Assembly (NCBI RefSeq): GCF_009914755.1
Contig: NC_060927.1
Strand: one strand, 5' to 3'
Length of the DNA: 64,000 nucleotides
Origin: the human T2T-CHM13v2.0 reference genome, Homo sapiens
Position numbers and translations under genes: made by a program. This document shows positions 51,102 through 64,000 of this stretch, piece after piece. The number at the start of each line of letters is the position of its first letter. Position 1 is the first letter of the stretch. Below the pieces are notes generated by a model. That model saw only the letters and a list, made by a program, of their open reading frames with translations. It had not been told where the DNA came from and did not search any database.

Positions 51102-51574
51102 GTAAGGTGGTGGCTTTCCTGGAGTAGTCACCTTGACTCACTTGAAAATTCTTGAAGTGTGTTGTTGGTGTGTGTGTGTGTTTATAAGCAAAATAGGCTT
51201 ATTTATTATGTATTTTTTTCAGAGTATGATTTGAGTTCTAAGCTTTACAACTTGAAAAATGCATACATAAATTTAGTATCAAGATTGGGTTGGCTTTTAC
51301 TGGGTCCTTAATTTGTCTATTGAATATGTGTTGACAAGTGCTAATTCGGTTTAAAGTCTTACATTTGTACAGGTATTTCTTCAAACAAATAGTATTTATG
51401 GATCCAGTCACAGGGAACATTCATTATTTCAGCAGATCTCACTGTCCGTTTGGGGATGCTGATATTCTTAGATACCTTCTTTAAGAGGTATCTAATGATA
51501 CCTCACTGAATGTCTCACTGGAATGAAACGTTCTTAATTATTGCACTTGTTTTTTGAGTTAAAAGACATAGGCA

Positions 51575-51907
51575 GGCTGGGCACAGTGGCGCATGCTTGT
51601 AATCTCAGCACTTTGGGAGGCCAGGGTGTGGAGATTGCTAGAGCCTGGGAATTCTAGACGAGTCTGGGAATTCTAGACCAGCCTGGGCAACATGGTGAAA
51701 CACTGTCTCTACTGAAAATACAGAAATTAGCTGGGTGTGGTAGCATGCACCTGTAGTCCCAGCTACTCAGGAGGCTGAGGTTGGGAGGATCACCTGAGCC
51801 TGGGAGTTCCAGGCTACTGTGAACCGAGATTGCACCACTGTACTCCAGCCTGGGCGACAAAGTGAGACCCTGTCTCAAAAACAAAAACAAAAACAAAAAC
51901 AAAAACA
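51575..51907 (+). mobile_element. AluJ with an internal duplication and a (CAAAAA)n tail
   Basis: TSD aagacataggca; ctgggaattctagac repeated at about 51645 and 51664. Confidence 0.85.
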
Positions 51908-53309
51908 AGACATAGGCAGGGCAGCTTTTCTACCCAAATTAGTTTTTTCTTTAGGCCTCCTGAATTTGGTATCTTTCTCCAAAGGTAGCTTAGTTTATTG
52001 TAGGAGGTCTTTGAAATACACTTGGTATCTTAGATGATAAACATTTGTTTTTCTTTTTTGTTGTTGTGGTTAGTGGTCCTCAGCTCTAGGCACATGTTAG
52101 AATCATCTGAGGAAGTTTTTAAATTAAATAGATGCTTGGGGCTCCATTGTAGAGCTTAGGGATCAACTATAGAGCCCTAACATCTATTTATTAATTAAAT
52201 TATTTATCAATTAAGGTAACCTCTGGAATTGGGGATGATTCTTTACAGCCAGGGCGGAAAACCACTGGGTTAGGTATTTGACTGATGACTTCAGTCCCAA
52301 AGGGCTCAAATCTTGCCATTTGCAGATTATATAACTCAAGTTCTAAGTTCTTATTGTTTAGTGGTTTAGAAACTGTTTGACTTTTTTGGATAAAAGCTAA
52401 ATAAATTAGAATAAAATAGAACTCAGACGTTCAGATGGAGAAAAGCCATTTGGAAGACATTTGGTGTTGAGTTGCATCCAGTTGGCGTGAGACAATCAGG
52501 AGAATGTTTTCACCTGAGGATGGGTGGTGGTAGGGGAGGCTGTTAAAGAGAGAGAATAACAGTTGTTGATACAAGTTGTAAGAGGAACCCAAGGCGGCTA
52601 CTGCCTCCACCGCCTTTTTCTTCTCAATCCTTCTTTCATGTTTCCTTCCAAGACAAGACAAAATCTTGAGTGCTGCAAAAATGAAATGTTTCGTCCAACG
52701 ATCATAATTCAGTCACTCATAGAATTACTTCCCCACTGTGAATATTAAAAGGGACAAGATCAATTGACTGTGCCAGGCCCTGTGCTAAGCACTCTGCCTG
52801 CATTAGCTCAGGGAGCCATCCCTCCTCCCTAGGAAGAGATTGATACCCTCGGAACTTAAGAACCTTGTCTGAGGTCACATGGCTGGTGACGGATGGAGTG
52901 GGAGCCATGGTTCTCAACTTTGGCTGCACAGGGAGATCACCTGGAGAACTCTCAGAAACACTGATAGCTGAATCCAGCTCAGGGATTTTGAGTTAACTGG
53001 GCATTGGGATTTTTGAAAGCTTCTCAGGTGTTTCTCTTGTGCTGCCAAGGTTAAGAACCATGGCTAATGAAATCTAGGCTAATAAAACTTGAACTTTGTT
53101 ATTCAGGGAAGAGCTGATCTAGGTTTCGCTTTTGCAGCTGGGACCAAGGGGAGGGATATGCGTCCGGAAGGCATTGCTTGGGTCCAGCGTGAGCGCTCAT
53201 CTTGTTCTATATACGGGCCTTGGGAGCTGGGAGATGAACCTGGGAGAGATTCTAATGTACTGTACGAAGTTAACTAGTGGCTATTTGTTTTTTACAAATA
53301 CATGCACAT

Positions 53310-53755
53310 AATTTAAAATTTTGTTTTTTAAATCGACATATATTTATGGTGTACAACATGATGTTTTAGAATATGCATATATAGTGGAATGGCTAAATTG
53401 AGTTAATTCATATATACATTACCTCACATGCTTATTATTTTTTTTGGTGAGAACATTTAAAAACTACTCTTAGTGAGTTTCAAATATACGGTATATTGTT
53501 ATTTGCTGTAGTCACTGTGTTGTACAGTAGATCTCTGGAACTTATTCCTCCTAACTGAAATCTGTATCCCTCGGCCAACCTCTCAGTCCTCCACCCCAGC
53601 CCCTGGTGACCACTGTTCCACTCTCTGTTTCTAGGAGTTCAATCTTTTTAGATTCCACATATAAGCAAGATCATGTGGTATTCGTCTTTCTGTGCCTGGC
53701 TTATTTCACTTAGCATAATGTCCTCCGGGTTCATTCATGTTGTCACAAATGAACC
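53310..53755 (-). mobile_element. L1MA/MB 3' end
   Basis: ttttagattccacatataag...ttctgtgcctggcttatttcacttagcataatgtcctcc. Confidence 0.8.
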
Positions 53756-55344
53756 AGGGACTGTTTGAATACAGGGTTAGAATGTTAAAAATAAATAGGA
53801 CTATAGCAGGGGAAGTCGGAGGAGACATGTTTTTCTGGCACGACTGTAAAGGTGCCTGGTGCTTGGATGTATGTATGGTGGTTGATTTGAAGTGACTGTT
53901 TTGAGATAACGGTAATAGTCTGACAGAAGCTATTTGGAAGGAAGCAAACTCCTTTTACAGCCTGGCCTGGTTCTACAGGTGGTCACGTGACAGTGACTTG
54001 ATTTGTTGAGTGCTTTTCTCCCTAAATTAAAAATAAAGGTTTCTGGGTTGTGAGATGCTTCGTCCTTGTGGGAAAATCTGGTTCAAAACAAGCTCTGCTG
54101 CAGGCTTTGGGAATGTAGGTCAGGACTTCCTTAATTCCATGTGCTAAACCAGAGGTCCCCTGCACCCAGGTGAGGGGCCTAGGCAGCTCTGCCTTTGCAG
54201 GCTGCCTCAGTGCTGGAAAGATCTGCTTCTCCACCGTGGAACTTGGGCAGTGAGTTTTAAAAAATTTTCCAAAGCATTCCTTCAACTGCGGTGCAGCATA
54301 CTTTGACGTTTTTTTTTTTTTTTTTTTTTTTTTTAAATGAAGAGAAAGATCTCTCTTTTGGAAGCAATTGCTGCGTTTCCAAATATAAGTGTATTTTGGA
54401 GCTGAAGTCATTTTGATGTTTAGAAATTGTGCATAGGGCAGTTGGGCAATTTGGAGGCATTTCTAGTCCATTTCCTCATGGACTCGTTGCACCCTAGAGT
54501 TTAACAAACACATATGGAAAAGTGAGATGCTGGCAAGCAGCCGAATGGGATGATGGAGTCTTTATCTGAGCAATCAGCAGAGCTGCATGTAGTCATTTGG
54601 GTTTGCTCTTGCTTCCATTGTTTCCTTGCCAAGTTATTTCCTATATTGAGAACCATCATAACCTGTTCTTAAGTAAATGGAAATCCAAGGCCTGTTTATG
54701 CAATATTCCCCATGGCTTCTGACTTTGCATCTTTAATTTTGTGAGCTCCTGAGATCTGCAGCCCTAATGGTTAATAAAAGAGGCTCTTGGATCAGGCTTC
54801 CTGGTTCATATCCAAGTTCCATGAATTCTTTGCTGTGTGACCCTGAGCAGATTACTTCACCTTTGCCAACCTTGGTTTTCTCACCTGTAAAATGGGAGAG
54901 GATAATAGGCTCTATCTCATAAGGTCATTGAGAAGATTAATTGTGTGTTAAGAATTTAGTACTGGGGGAGTCTGACCCTTAGTTAAGAGTTTAAGCCTTA
55001 TTCTTTTCTTTGTATTCCCAGTACTTAGTACAGAGCCTGGTACTTGTAAATCTCATGTTTAATTTTATGAGAATAATTATATATTGTTATTTTTTTTTTG
55101 TCTTCAAATTCTTTGTGGGTGGGGACGTGCACATGAACCCCTGGGCTTGGATTTGAGCCCCAGTGCTCCTGTATGCAAGCTGAGTAACCTTGATAGATTC
55201 CATAATATTTCTCAGCTTCTTTCCTCACTTGTGAGTTAGGGTCAAACAATTCCATCCTTATCAAGATAATATGCATAAAAAGCCTAATAGAGTGCTTAGT
55301 ACACAGTAGTTGTTCAGTGAGTGGTTGCTGTTAATTTTCACAGT

Positions 55345-55400
55345 AGATATAGAAGAGTTCAACATCGAACAGAAGATATAGAAGAGTTCAACATCGAACA
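55345..55400. repeat. 29-bp-period tandem duplication (27-bp perfect core)
   Basis: AGATATAGAAGAGTTCAACATCGAACA at 55345-55371 and 55374-55400. Confidence 0.92.
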
Positions 55401-57192
55401 CACTTGCTTTTTTTTCTCTGATGGTTGAAAGTACATTTCCAAAGTGAATTGCTTTTTTTGTGTGTGTGTGTGATTTCCTTGAATGTATCTCTTGCCTCTA
55501 ACTTCCTCTGTAGGAAGAAAAGGTTGGCTGCACATCTGTTTCACATAAGCCACATCTTTTTCATCTGAATGAATTTTGGACAATATCATTGTCCTCGTAA
55601 GGGATGAGGAGAGCTGAGACTTAGAATAATACAGCAACTTTAGTTCTTTTATTAATATGGTACCATTTTAAAGCCCCAACATCCATGGAAGGTAAGGCGG
55701 AACCTCTTCTTCTCCCTGATTTGTGTTGTCTTTGCCCATAATCTTGAAAGAATAGAGAAGGCAAACATCAGATTGAAACAGGGAATAGAAACTTTGTGGT
55801 TAGTGAATTCCTTTATCTGTATTATCTTTTCCTCTTCCCACTTTTACCAGTCCCTCCCCCAGCTCCCCCGGTGCTAAATATAAAGATATCTACAAAGAAA
55901 AGGTGGAAACTAACAACCAGTCTTCATTTTGCTCCCAGAATCTCTGCTCGTTTTAAATATAAATCACCTCCAGGGTTGTTGGAGTAGAAACAAGGGAACT
56001 GGGCTTTTGGGCAATTAGATAGGCTTTAGTGTTGATCATGCCATTATTGCATAAGATTCGGGCAACAGTCAGGCTCTTGCTTTCAAAACCTAATCTTCTC
56101 TGTTCACATCAAGAGGCCAGTCATGGCTCCAAATTCTTGATGTTGGACAGATGTTACCATATCAATAATATCAAAATGTGCAGCTTTTAACTTTGCAGGG
56201 AGCCCCTTAGTTTCAGAATAAAAGCTGTTCGAAGGGAAACTTACAGTTCAAAATGAGGAGAAGTTGGGGCAGGAAAAAATGAGGTGAAAGGAATCATTAT
56301 TCTATCACTAAGTGGTTCATATGAATTGGGGAGGGGATCAGACAGACTGAATATGTGGATGTTCCAGATAAGTATCTTACATTTCTCTTTCCCAGTGAAG
56401 TTGGTTTCAAGCATCATAGTCTAATCTAAGCAAATGTATTGTGAAAAATGAGTGTTGACCTCCAGCGCTGAGGCCCTACTGTGTACCAGCTGCTGGCCTT
56501 GGTGATGGCAGGACAAGATGAGTTACACTCCTTCTTGCTTTCAGGAGTCTTAGAGTTTCATGGAGAAACAGACCCACATTATAAGTTACAATAGCCAATG
56601 TTAATACAGCATTTATTTTGTGCAAAGCACTTCCTTTGAATTATCTCTTTTAATCTGAGGAACCCACCTATGAGGTGTAGGTCTTGATGTTCCCATTATG
56701 CAGTTGAGGAAATGGAAGCTCTAAGAAGTTGGGTAACTTGCCCATAGTCAGTTAAATGTCACTTCTTAGAATGATTATCATTCATTTCACAAACACTTAT
56801 TGGGTAGTTCCCATGTGCCAGCCATTTGTACTCCATGAGGAAAGAGACATTCTCAAAGAAGTCTACATCAATATGTAGTGAAAATCTTTAAGAAACTTCT
56901 TTAGAGTAATTTGTTGTCTTCACTGCAACTATTTATATATAAGTAGAAGCAAAGCAGGTGAAATTTCTTCCTACCTAGTATAAAACCTGGCCTACTGGGG
57001 AAAAGTAAATGAGGATGCTTTTCATGTCCTAATCTTTCGCTGTGCAGCACCCTGAGACCAGAGCGCATCTATTTGGTACCTGATGCCATTTGAGATGACA
57101 AGTTATGAGCTGGTCCAGTGCCATGTGACTTATGAGTGTCGTAGCCAGAGCCCTCTTCCAAAGGCTGGGCCCAGTGCTTTTCTTCCTTTGTA

Positions 57193-57480
57193 GTTTTATG
57201 GAGACAAGGTCTCACTCTGTTGCCCAGGCTGGATTGCAATTGTGTGGTCATGGCTCACTGCAGCCTCGACCTTCTGGGTTCAAACCATCCTCCTTCCTAA
57301 GCCTCCCGAGTAGCTGGGACTACGGACATACCCCATCATGCCTGGCTTCTTTTTAAATTTTTGTAGAGATGGGGGTCTTGTATGGTGCTCAGGCTGGTCT
57401 TGAACTCATGGCCCCAAGCCATCCACCACCTTGGCCTCTCAAATTGCTGGGATTACTGGTGTGAGCCACTGCACCCTGCC
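57193..57480 (-). mobile_element. AluJ
   Basis: Antisense Alu with the gctcactgcagcctcgacc diagnostic. Confidence 0.85.
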
Positions 57481-60473
57481 ACACTTAATGCACTTTTAGC
57501 CATTGCCCCAACCAGCTGTGGGATGCGCAGTATGTTACTTACAGTAGGATGAGTCCTGTTTGTAGTGCAAACGAGGGTCTGGCCTGGGGCAGTATAACCC
57601 AGTTTCTGGGCATTTCCAGAGTAAAATGTTGGTGGAAGACCCCTGGTTCCTCAACATATGCCCGGCTAGAAATAATGACAGTCTGAGTATTGTGCAGTCA
57701 CCATGATACTGGCATGGAGAAGAGTATGTTGCTTGGCTATAATGAGCCGCTCTTGGACCTAAAGCATGGCCATGAACTTGAGGATCACACTTGTGGCCTT
57801 TTTATTTTTATTGGTGCCTTCTTTCCCCAGTCCCAGAGTGCTGGCACCATGTTAGCCCCTTTTAGTAGCATGCTGGTGGATTTAGTAGGATTATTTTATT
57901 GAGAGAGAGAAGGGTTTTACATCTCATGCAAGCTCTTTGTAATTGACTTTGAAACCTCCCAGCAGCTTAGGAAGGGTCCTCAAATAAGAATGGCATTTTT
58001 CATGCTTGAGTGATAAGAAACACTTGAGTGTCAATAGCCTACTTCTCTGATCTTGGTCTTGCCTGCAATTTAGGTTAAATATAGGGGAAAGAGCAACCTC
58101 TGGATGCCAGAGCTAGCATCCAGCCCAGAATCTGCCATGAACTGCTCCAATACCTTGGAGAAGTGATTTCGTCTCTCTTAGCCTCAGTTTCCCCATCTGT
58201 TAAATTGGGTTTTTCCAAGATTTCATCCAGCTTGAAACTTTGCTATTAGTGGCGGAAACAGGCAGGTTAACGTTAGAAGCCTTGTGCTGTCCAGAAATAG
58301 GTTCTTATTTCTTTGGGATTACAGGTCTCTTTGTCAAGATAGATGAGTGCTGGTAATAGCCAGGCCTTAACCTTACCCTTAGGCCAGATGGGGACACAGG
58401 CAGGGTCTTGGGTCACAAAGGTCATCTAGGGTGGCTATAACAAACTCACCGGCTTAGCTTTCTTTCAAACGACCCTCCTTTGCCGCACATTGTTTTAAAT
58501 GTTGCTAAGCAACAGTATTTTTTGATTTTTTTCTTTTGGCAAGGCATCGAAGGAATGAATCCGTATCTTACTTAGTTTTAAATACCCTCATGCAAAGGGG
58601 AGGGCCTAACTTAAATTTTGTTTGTTCTTTTGATTCTAATCCATGACAGGCCTTTCATAGTAGGGGTATAGGACTTACTTTCTGCCTGTCTTGTTAAATA
58701 AGGCAGAAAAATCAGTCTATTTAAGGTGCTTGTCAAGTATATGCCTTGAGGCATATTGAAGGTTTCAAGAGTGTGTGCAGCTGCCTTGTAGGAGAGTCTC
58801 CTCCAACTTGTTCTGTATTCACAAAATCAATTCAAATTTAATAAAAAGATTAATAGTTTTTTGTAATCTTCATTTCAGATTTACTAGTTTATCTCAATCT
58901 TGGACCAACAGACTCCATTTAAAGGGAACAAAACTGTAATTTAAGTCAATTCCCTGGGCAACATAGAATGTTCACAGTGTGTTACACAATCGCTGGGGAT
59001 GGTGCCTGCTGCCTGATTATGCTGGAGTCCCACACACTGCAGCGTATCCCTCACTGGATTGCTGCCTACTTGCTTCAAGCTATGAGATGCATGTCTGAAG
59101 GCTCTGGGTACCCTGAAAATGAGCATAAGGGAATTTGTGTTTACTTTGATGCCCTGGATCCATTCTTTTTTGCATACCTGAGTCACCCTGGAAAGTAGAC
59201 CTCAGACCCCTCTTTTATAGTCATTTACCCTTATGATTTAGTTGCTAATGGAGAACCATTTTCACTATGTGCATAAAATGCTTCTAGTGCAATAAATAAG
59301 TTTACCTTGTCCTCCAATTGAATCACTGTATTGCTTTTGTGACTTCCTCCATTGAGGGTGAAATTGATTTGGAAATCTCAGCAAGCGTAATGGGGTCATA
59401 TTGTCATATTGTCATATTGTTATATGGTTCTCCTGAAAGCAGTATACTGTGGTTGATTACGGACTTTTTCTTTTGGCAAAGGGTTTTATAATCCCGTCTT
59501 GAGCATTGATGAAGATGTGTGGTGAATCACTTGAGCTTATGATAACTCTTTTCCTTTCTTGTTTGACATGTGAGAAAATTAGAGGGATTTAGAAAGTCTC
59601 CTGGGGTCAAAGAGCAATCCTGTGCCAAAACTAGGGTTGGGGCACAACCCCAGTTTCTACTCACACTGTCTTTTAGGCTTCTGTGTTTGAGCCATGAATT
59701 AAAAATTTTTTTTGGTTCCATCACCCTGTGTAATTAATGATAACCTACTTTTTATAAATGCAAATAATAGTGAATACCTTGTGTAGTGCTAAGAGACATT
59801 AGTGAATATAATCTATTTAATTAATATACTTTACATACACTCATTTATTTAATCCTCATAACAACCCCATAAGTAAGACCGGTACCTTTCTACAGATGAG
59901 GAAACTGACATGTAAGATGTTTAGTGTCTGGTCCAAGATCACGTAGCTAGAAGGGGCAGAGCTGGGATTTGAACCCAGTCAATCTAACACCATAAATCCT
60001 CCTCTTAACAGCTACTCTAAACTGCCTTTAGAAGTGGACTGGCCTTGAAATATTCTTTGACAAAAATTACCCGATTTCTTAACTTCCTCCTCTGCAACCC
60101 CAAAGTATGTCATTGTGAGCTGCATTGACACAGAAGAAAAAGTCTACAGACAAGAGGGGCATGCTAACCGCCTACTTAACAATCTTGAGTATAGTATTTA
60201 TCACTATCTGATAAATACACAGCTACTGTTTTCTCCTCGCCAGATTTTGGAGCACTCAAAGGGACCAAATCTTGCCCTGCACTCCTGGCCCAGCACCTGG
60301 CATAATGTTGGTCCTTCTTTAAATACTGGTTGAAAAGGAATTGGTGTTCTTTTCTGATATGATTTTGACTGCTCCCAGTTCTAGCAGTGTTTTTGCTGAC
60401 ATTTTAAATTGAATGGCCGCTGATCTTTTTACACTGATGACTTAACGCTGCCCTGTAATCTTGCTCCAAACTA

Positions 60474-60803
<330 letters not shown>

Positions 60804-61359
60804 CTAAAACTGTCTTGTAGTTGACTCGTCTTCTCCCTGGAAAGTGGATCTTATTGGTCTCATTCTCTGAGAGTGTCTTCTCCTTGACTCCTAATGTTTG
60901 ATCTTTTTTCTCTCTTTCATGCCTATAGTTTTGAGATTCCTTGGCTGCATTCAGTACATGAGCATGAAAAACAAATAATTGTTAAGTACCTTCCTCCTTT
61001 GTGCTTGGCTTTCTGATAGGGTCATGCATGCTTTTGTTCTTGACCGTTGGAGCACACTGTGACATGGGTACTGTTATGTCCCCATTTTACAGTTGGGCAC
61101 CCTGAACCCACAGAGGGTTAGCAATCAAGGTGTATCTGGGATTTGAACCTATGTCTGGAGGACCACACAGTGTCTGCCACTTAAGTGAATTCACAGAGTT
61201 GGGCTGCTCAGAAAACACTTGAGGCTTCTGATGTCCTAGGTTCCACATTTCAAAGGCATGTTGCTTCGTGGGAATAAAGCTAACGCAGGGGTAACTTGGA
61301 GGCTAGGTCTCCATTCGATATTGAATGATGACGTTTTAGATTAGCTCCGGCAACAACAT

Positions 61360-62240
61360 TTCTCACCAAAGTTGCTGCACAGACTCCTCACCTGTTTCTG
61401 TAATTCCACCTTTGCCTCCTTTGTGTCTGAGTGTGGACACCTCCTCCAATCCACCGTTTACTGCGGCTAGGGGAATCAGCACAGGTCTGAAGATGTCATT
61501 CAGCTGCTTGGAACCTCATAGTGGTTCCCCAGTTGTGCTCAGGATAAAAGACACACTCTCAGGGTTCCCAGCAGTCTGCATGAGTCACCACTGCTTACCT
61601 CTCAGCCTTATCTGCAGTAACTCCTCCAGGTTCTCTGCTCCATCCAGATGGATTGACTTCCTTCTGGCAGTCAGAATACTTGCTCTGTACTCTGGGACTT
61701 TGCATGTCCTGTTTCTTCTGCCTGAAATGATCTCCCTATCTCTGTTGTTCCTTCCTGGACCCCCCAGTCTTTCTAATGCCCACTCAACCTTCAAATCTCA
61801 GGCATCTCCTCTGGGGCACCTTTACTGAACCTTTGTGTGCAGGCAAGCAGCTGCTCCTTTTGCACAGACTCTGAAGCCAGACCCTGTGGGTTTGGCTCTC
61901 AGCCCTGCTTTTGACTGGTCATGTCATCTCAGATGTATTACTTAACCTGGCAATGCCTCCACTTTCTCATCTGGAAAATGGGGAAATTATTATATATACC
62001 TCACAGGGTTTTCATGAGGATTAAATGAGTTAATCTGTGTAAAGCACTTACGGGACTACCTGGTCCATATTAAATACCATAACACTGCTAATTTTTGGTT
62101 TTGACTTTTAACTTGATGGTTTTGACTTAGCCCTTCCCCCCTATTGCATTAACTGTGAGGACAGAAACCATGCCTGTCTCCCTAAGGCTTTGCACAGGTT
62201 CTGGACTATATTAGGAACTAAAATGTTTGTGGAATGAATG
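61360..62240. mobile_element. L2 and MIR fragments
   Basis: L2 motifs (gggactttgcatgtcctgttt; tttgtggaatgaatgaa); MIR core ttctcatctggaaaatgggg. Confidence 0.6.
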
Positions 62241-62259
62241 AAGAGAGACCTCTAAGGCA

Positions 62260-62735
<476 letters not shown>

Positions 62736-63309
62736 TGTTATCTTCCCTTATTTTATGGCTGTCCTATAGAAGACAGATGTTCTGAGCCCAGAGCAATAGA
62801 GAATGAGGGCTAGTGGATCAAAGTGCCCAGAGGTAGAATATGAGGCTTAAAAGAACTTAATTCTGACTATTAGTGCTGAGCAGTTACTCAAAGAAGAGGC
62901 CTGCTTCAAATTACTGAGTTTCCCCCGATTCAAAGAGGGCTGACCATCTGTCGGGGATTTTGCAGAGGGAATTTCTGCTCTGGGACAGAGGTTAGATGGA
63001 TGATTCCATTTGACTGTGTGTGTTTTCCCACCGAAGGACCCAGCTGTTCTTTCTGTTTTTGCTTCCTGTGGAAGCCCTATGGTTGGGAGCGTTGGGTCAA
63101 TAAACAGCTGGGGAGAGCACAGATGCACTGTAGACAAGAAACTCTCTGGAAACTGAATGGGTTCAATCCAATTGGTAAGAGAACATTAGTGGAAAGATGG
63201 CATTATTGAATGTTTGAAAAAATGAACAAATAGAAAAAAACAATAGCTTTCTAAGTCAAGGCTTGCCGAATCCGGTCATAATGAGTGGGTAAGATGTCCT
63301 GGGGAGACA

Positions 63310-63555
63310 CTACAGCGTGGTGGTTAGGAGCACAGGCTCTGGAGTCAGTCATGGGTTCAAGTCCCTGCCCTGCTCTTACTAGTTATATGACCACAGGCAA
63401 GTCATTTAACCTGTCTATGCCTTAGTTTCCCCACCTGGCTGCCATGGTGAATAACACTGTGGAGCTGATAGGCTTGTGTGAGGATGATTTGGTGCATGTG
63501 TAACACAGTAAATACCTGCAATACAGCCTCAGCACTCAGTGAAGAGTGGCTATTG
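63310..63555 (+). mobile_element. MIR
   Basis: gtggttaggagcacaggctctggagtcag...ggcaagtcatttaacctgtctatgccttagtttcc. Confidence 0.8.
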
Positions 63556-64000
63556 TGACTGAATTTGCAATTAGCAGCTTTCGGGACATCTCTTAGGAAG
63601 CTCAAACATGGCCTTTGCCATCTTGTAAAACATCGATATGTCCGTTTTAAAAACTCAGCCAGTGGAGTATACAAAGGAATCCATAGCCAGGCAGACTTTA
63701 GCCTTCCTGAATTTTTTAGATTTTATTGAGTGGGCCTGGTAACCAGCTATGACAGAGCTTGGGGCTATTAGAAAAGAAGCCATCAGGGCTTTTGTCTCCT
63801 CGCACGAGCCTTGATCAGAGCCTCAGTTACTGACGGGTCGTTTGCTCGAGATGGTAATCCTGCCTTCTGTATAGAATTACAAGCCTAGCCAGAGAGGAAG
63901 TTGTGTTTATCTTACCCCAAACAGCAGGCATTCCAGTGACTCTTGACAGACAGGAGGAAGTTATTGCCAATCTGCTCTTTCCCAAAAGCTGCCCTTCCCT

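Noticed and set aside
53951-53984. tttacag|CCTGG, identical to the exon-4 acceptor, as a duplicated or alternative exon 4
   Set aside because: Similarity stops after 12 nt, there is no IP3R-like coding sequence, and the following donor (CAG|GTGGTC) is weak.
58739-58756. Palindrome ATATGCCT-TG-AGGCATAT (AP-2-like core)
   Set aside because: An isolated 8-bp stem is expected by chance in 64 kb, and there is no supporting context.

Overview
This is primate genomic DNA, almost certainly human. It holds the promoter and first four exons of ITPR1 (inositol 1,4,5-trisphosphate receptor type 1, + strand; 3p26.1 from prior knowledge). The identification rests on two spliced coding exons (46499-46590 and 51031-51101) that translate to [54 protein letters not shown], the start of the IP3R1 suppressor domain. 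Upstream are two non-coding exons (about 23356-23611 and 24438-24513). They lie in a CpG-island promoter with TATA and Inr elements and two oppositely oriented ZNF143/THAP11-type motifs, consistent with the known divergent lncRNA ITPR1-DT. Positions 1-22 kb are repeat-rich intergenic DNA: an old ERVL remnant, MaLR LTRs, a MADE1 MITE, L1/L2/MIR/MER fragments and an Alu cluster. The rest is ITPR1 introns 2-4. Apart from frames overlapping ITPR1 exons and the ERVL remnant, the ORFs in the supplied track look like repeat-derived or random noise. No new biological system is demonstrated. The best hypotheses come from manual splicing: (i) a back-spliced exon 2-3-4 circle would be 255 nt with a stop-free ORF through the native AUG; (ii) a strong-Kozak uORF is in frame with the CDS and separated from it by a single TAA; (iii) a +1-frame hydrophobic altORF runs through exons 3-4; (iv) intron 4 has a CLEAR/E-box plus RORE motif cluster; (v) intron 2 has a head-to-head Alu pair 61 bp apart. 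Repeat subfamilies and boundaries were assigned by eye and are approximate.
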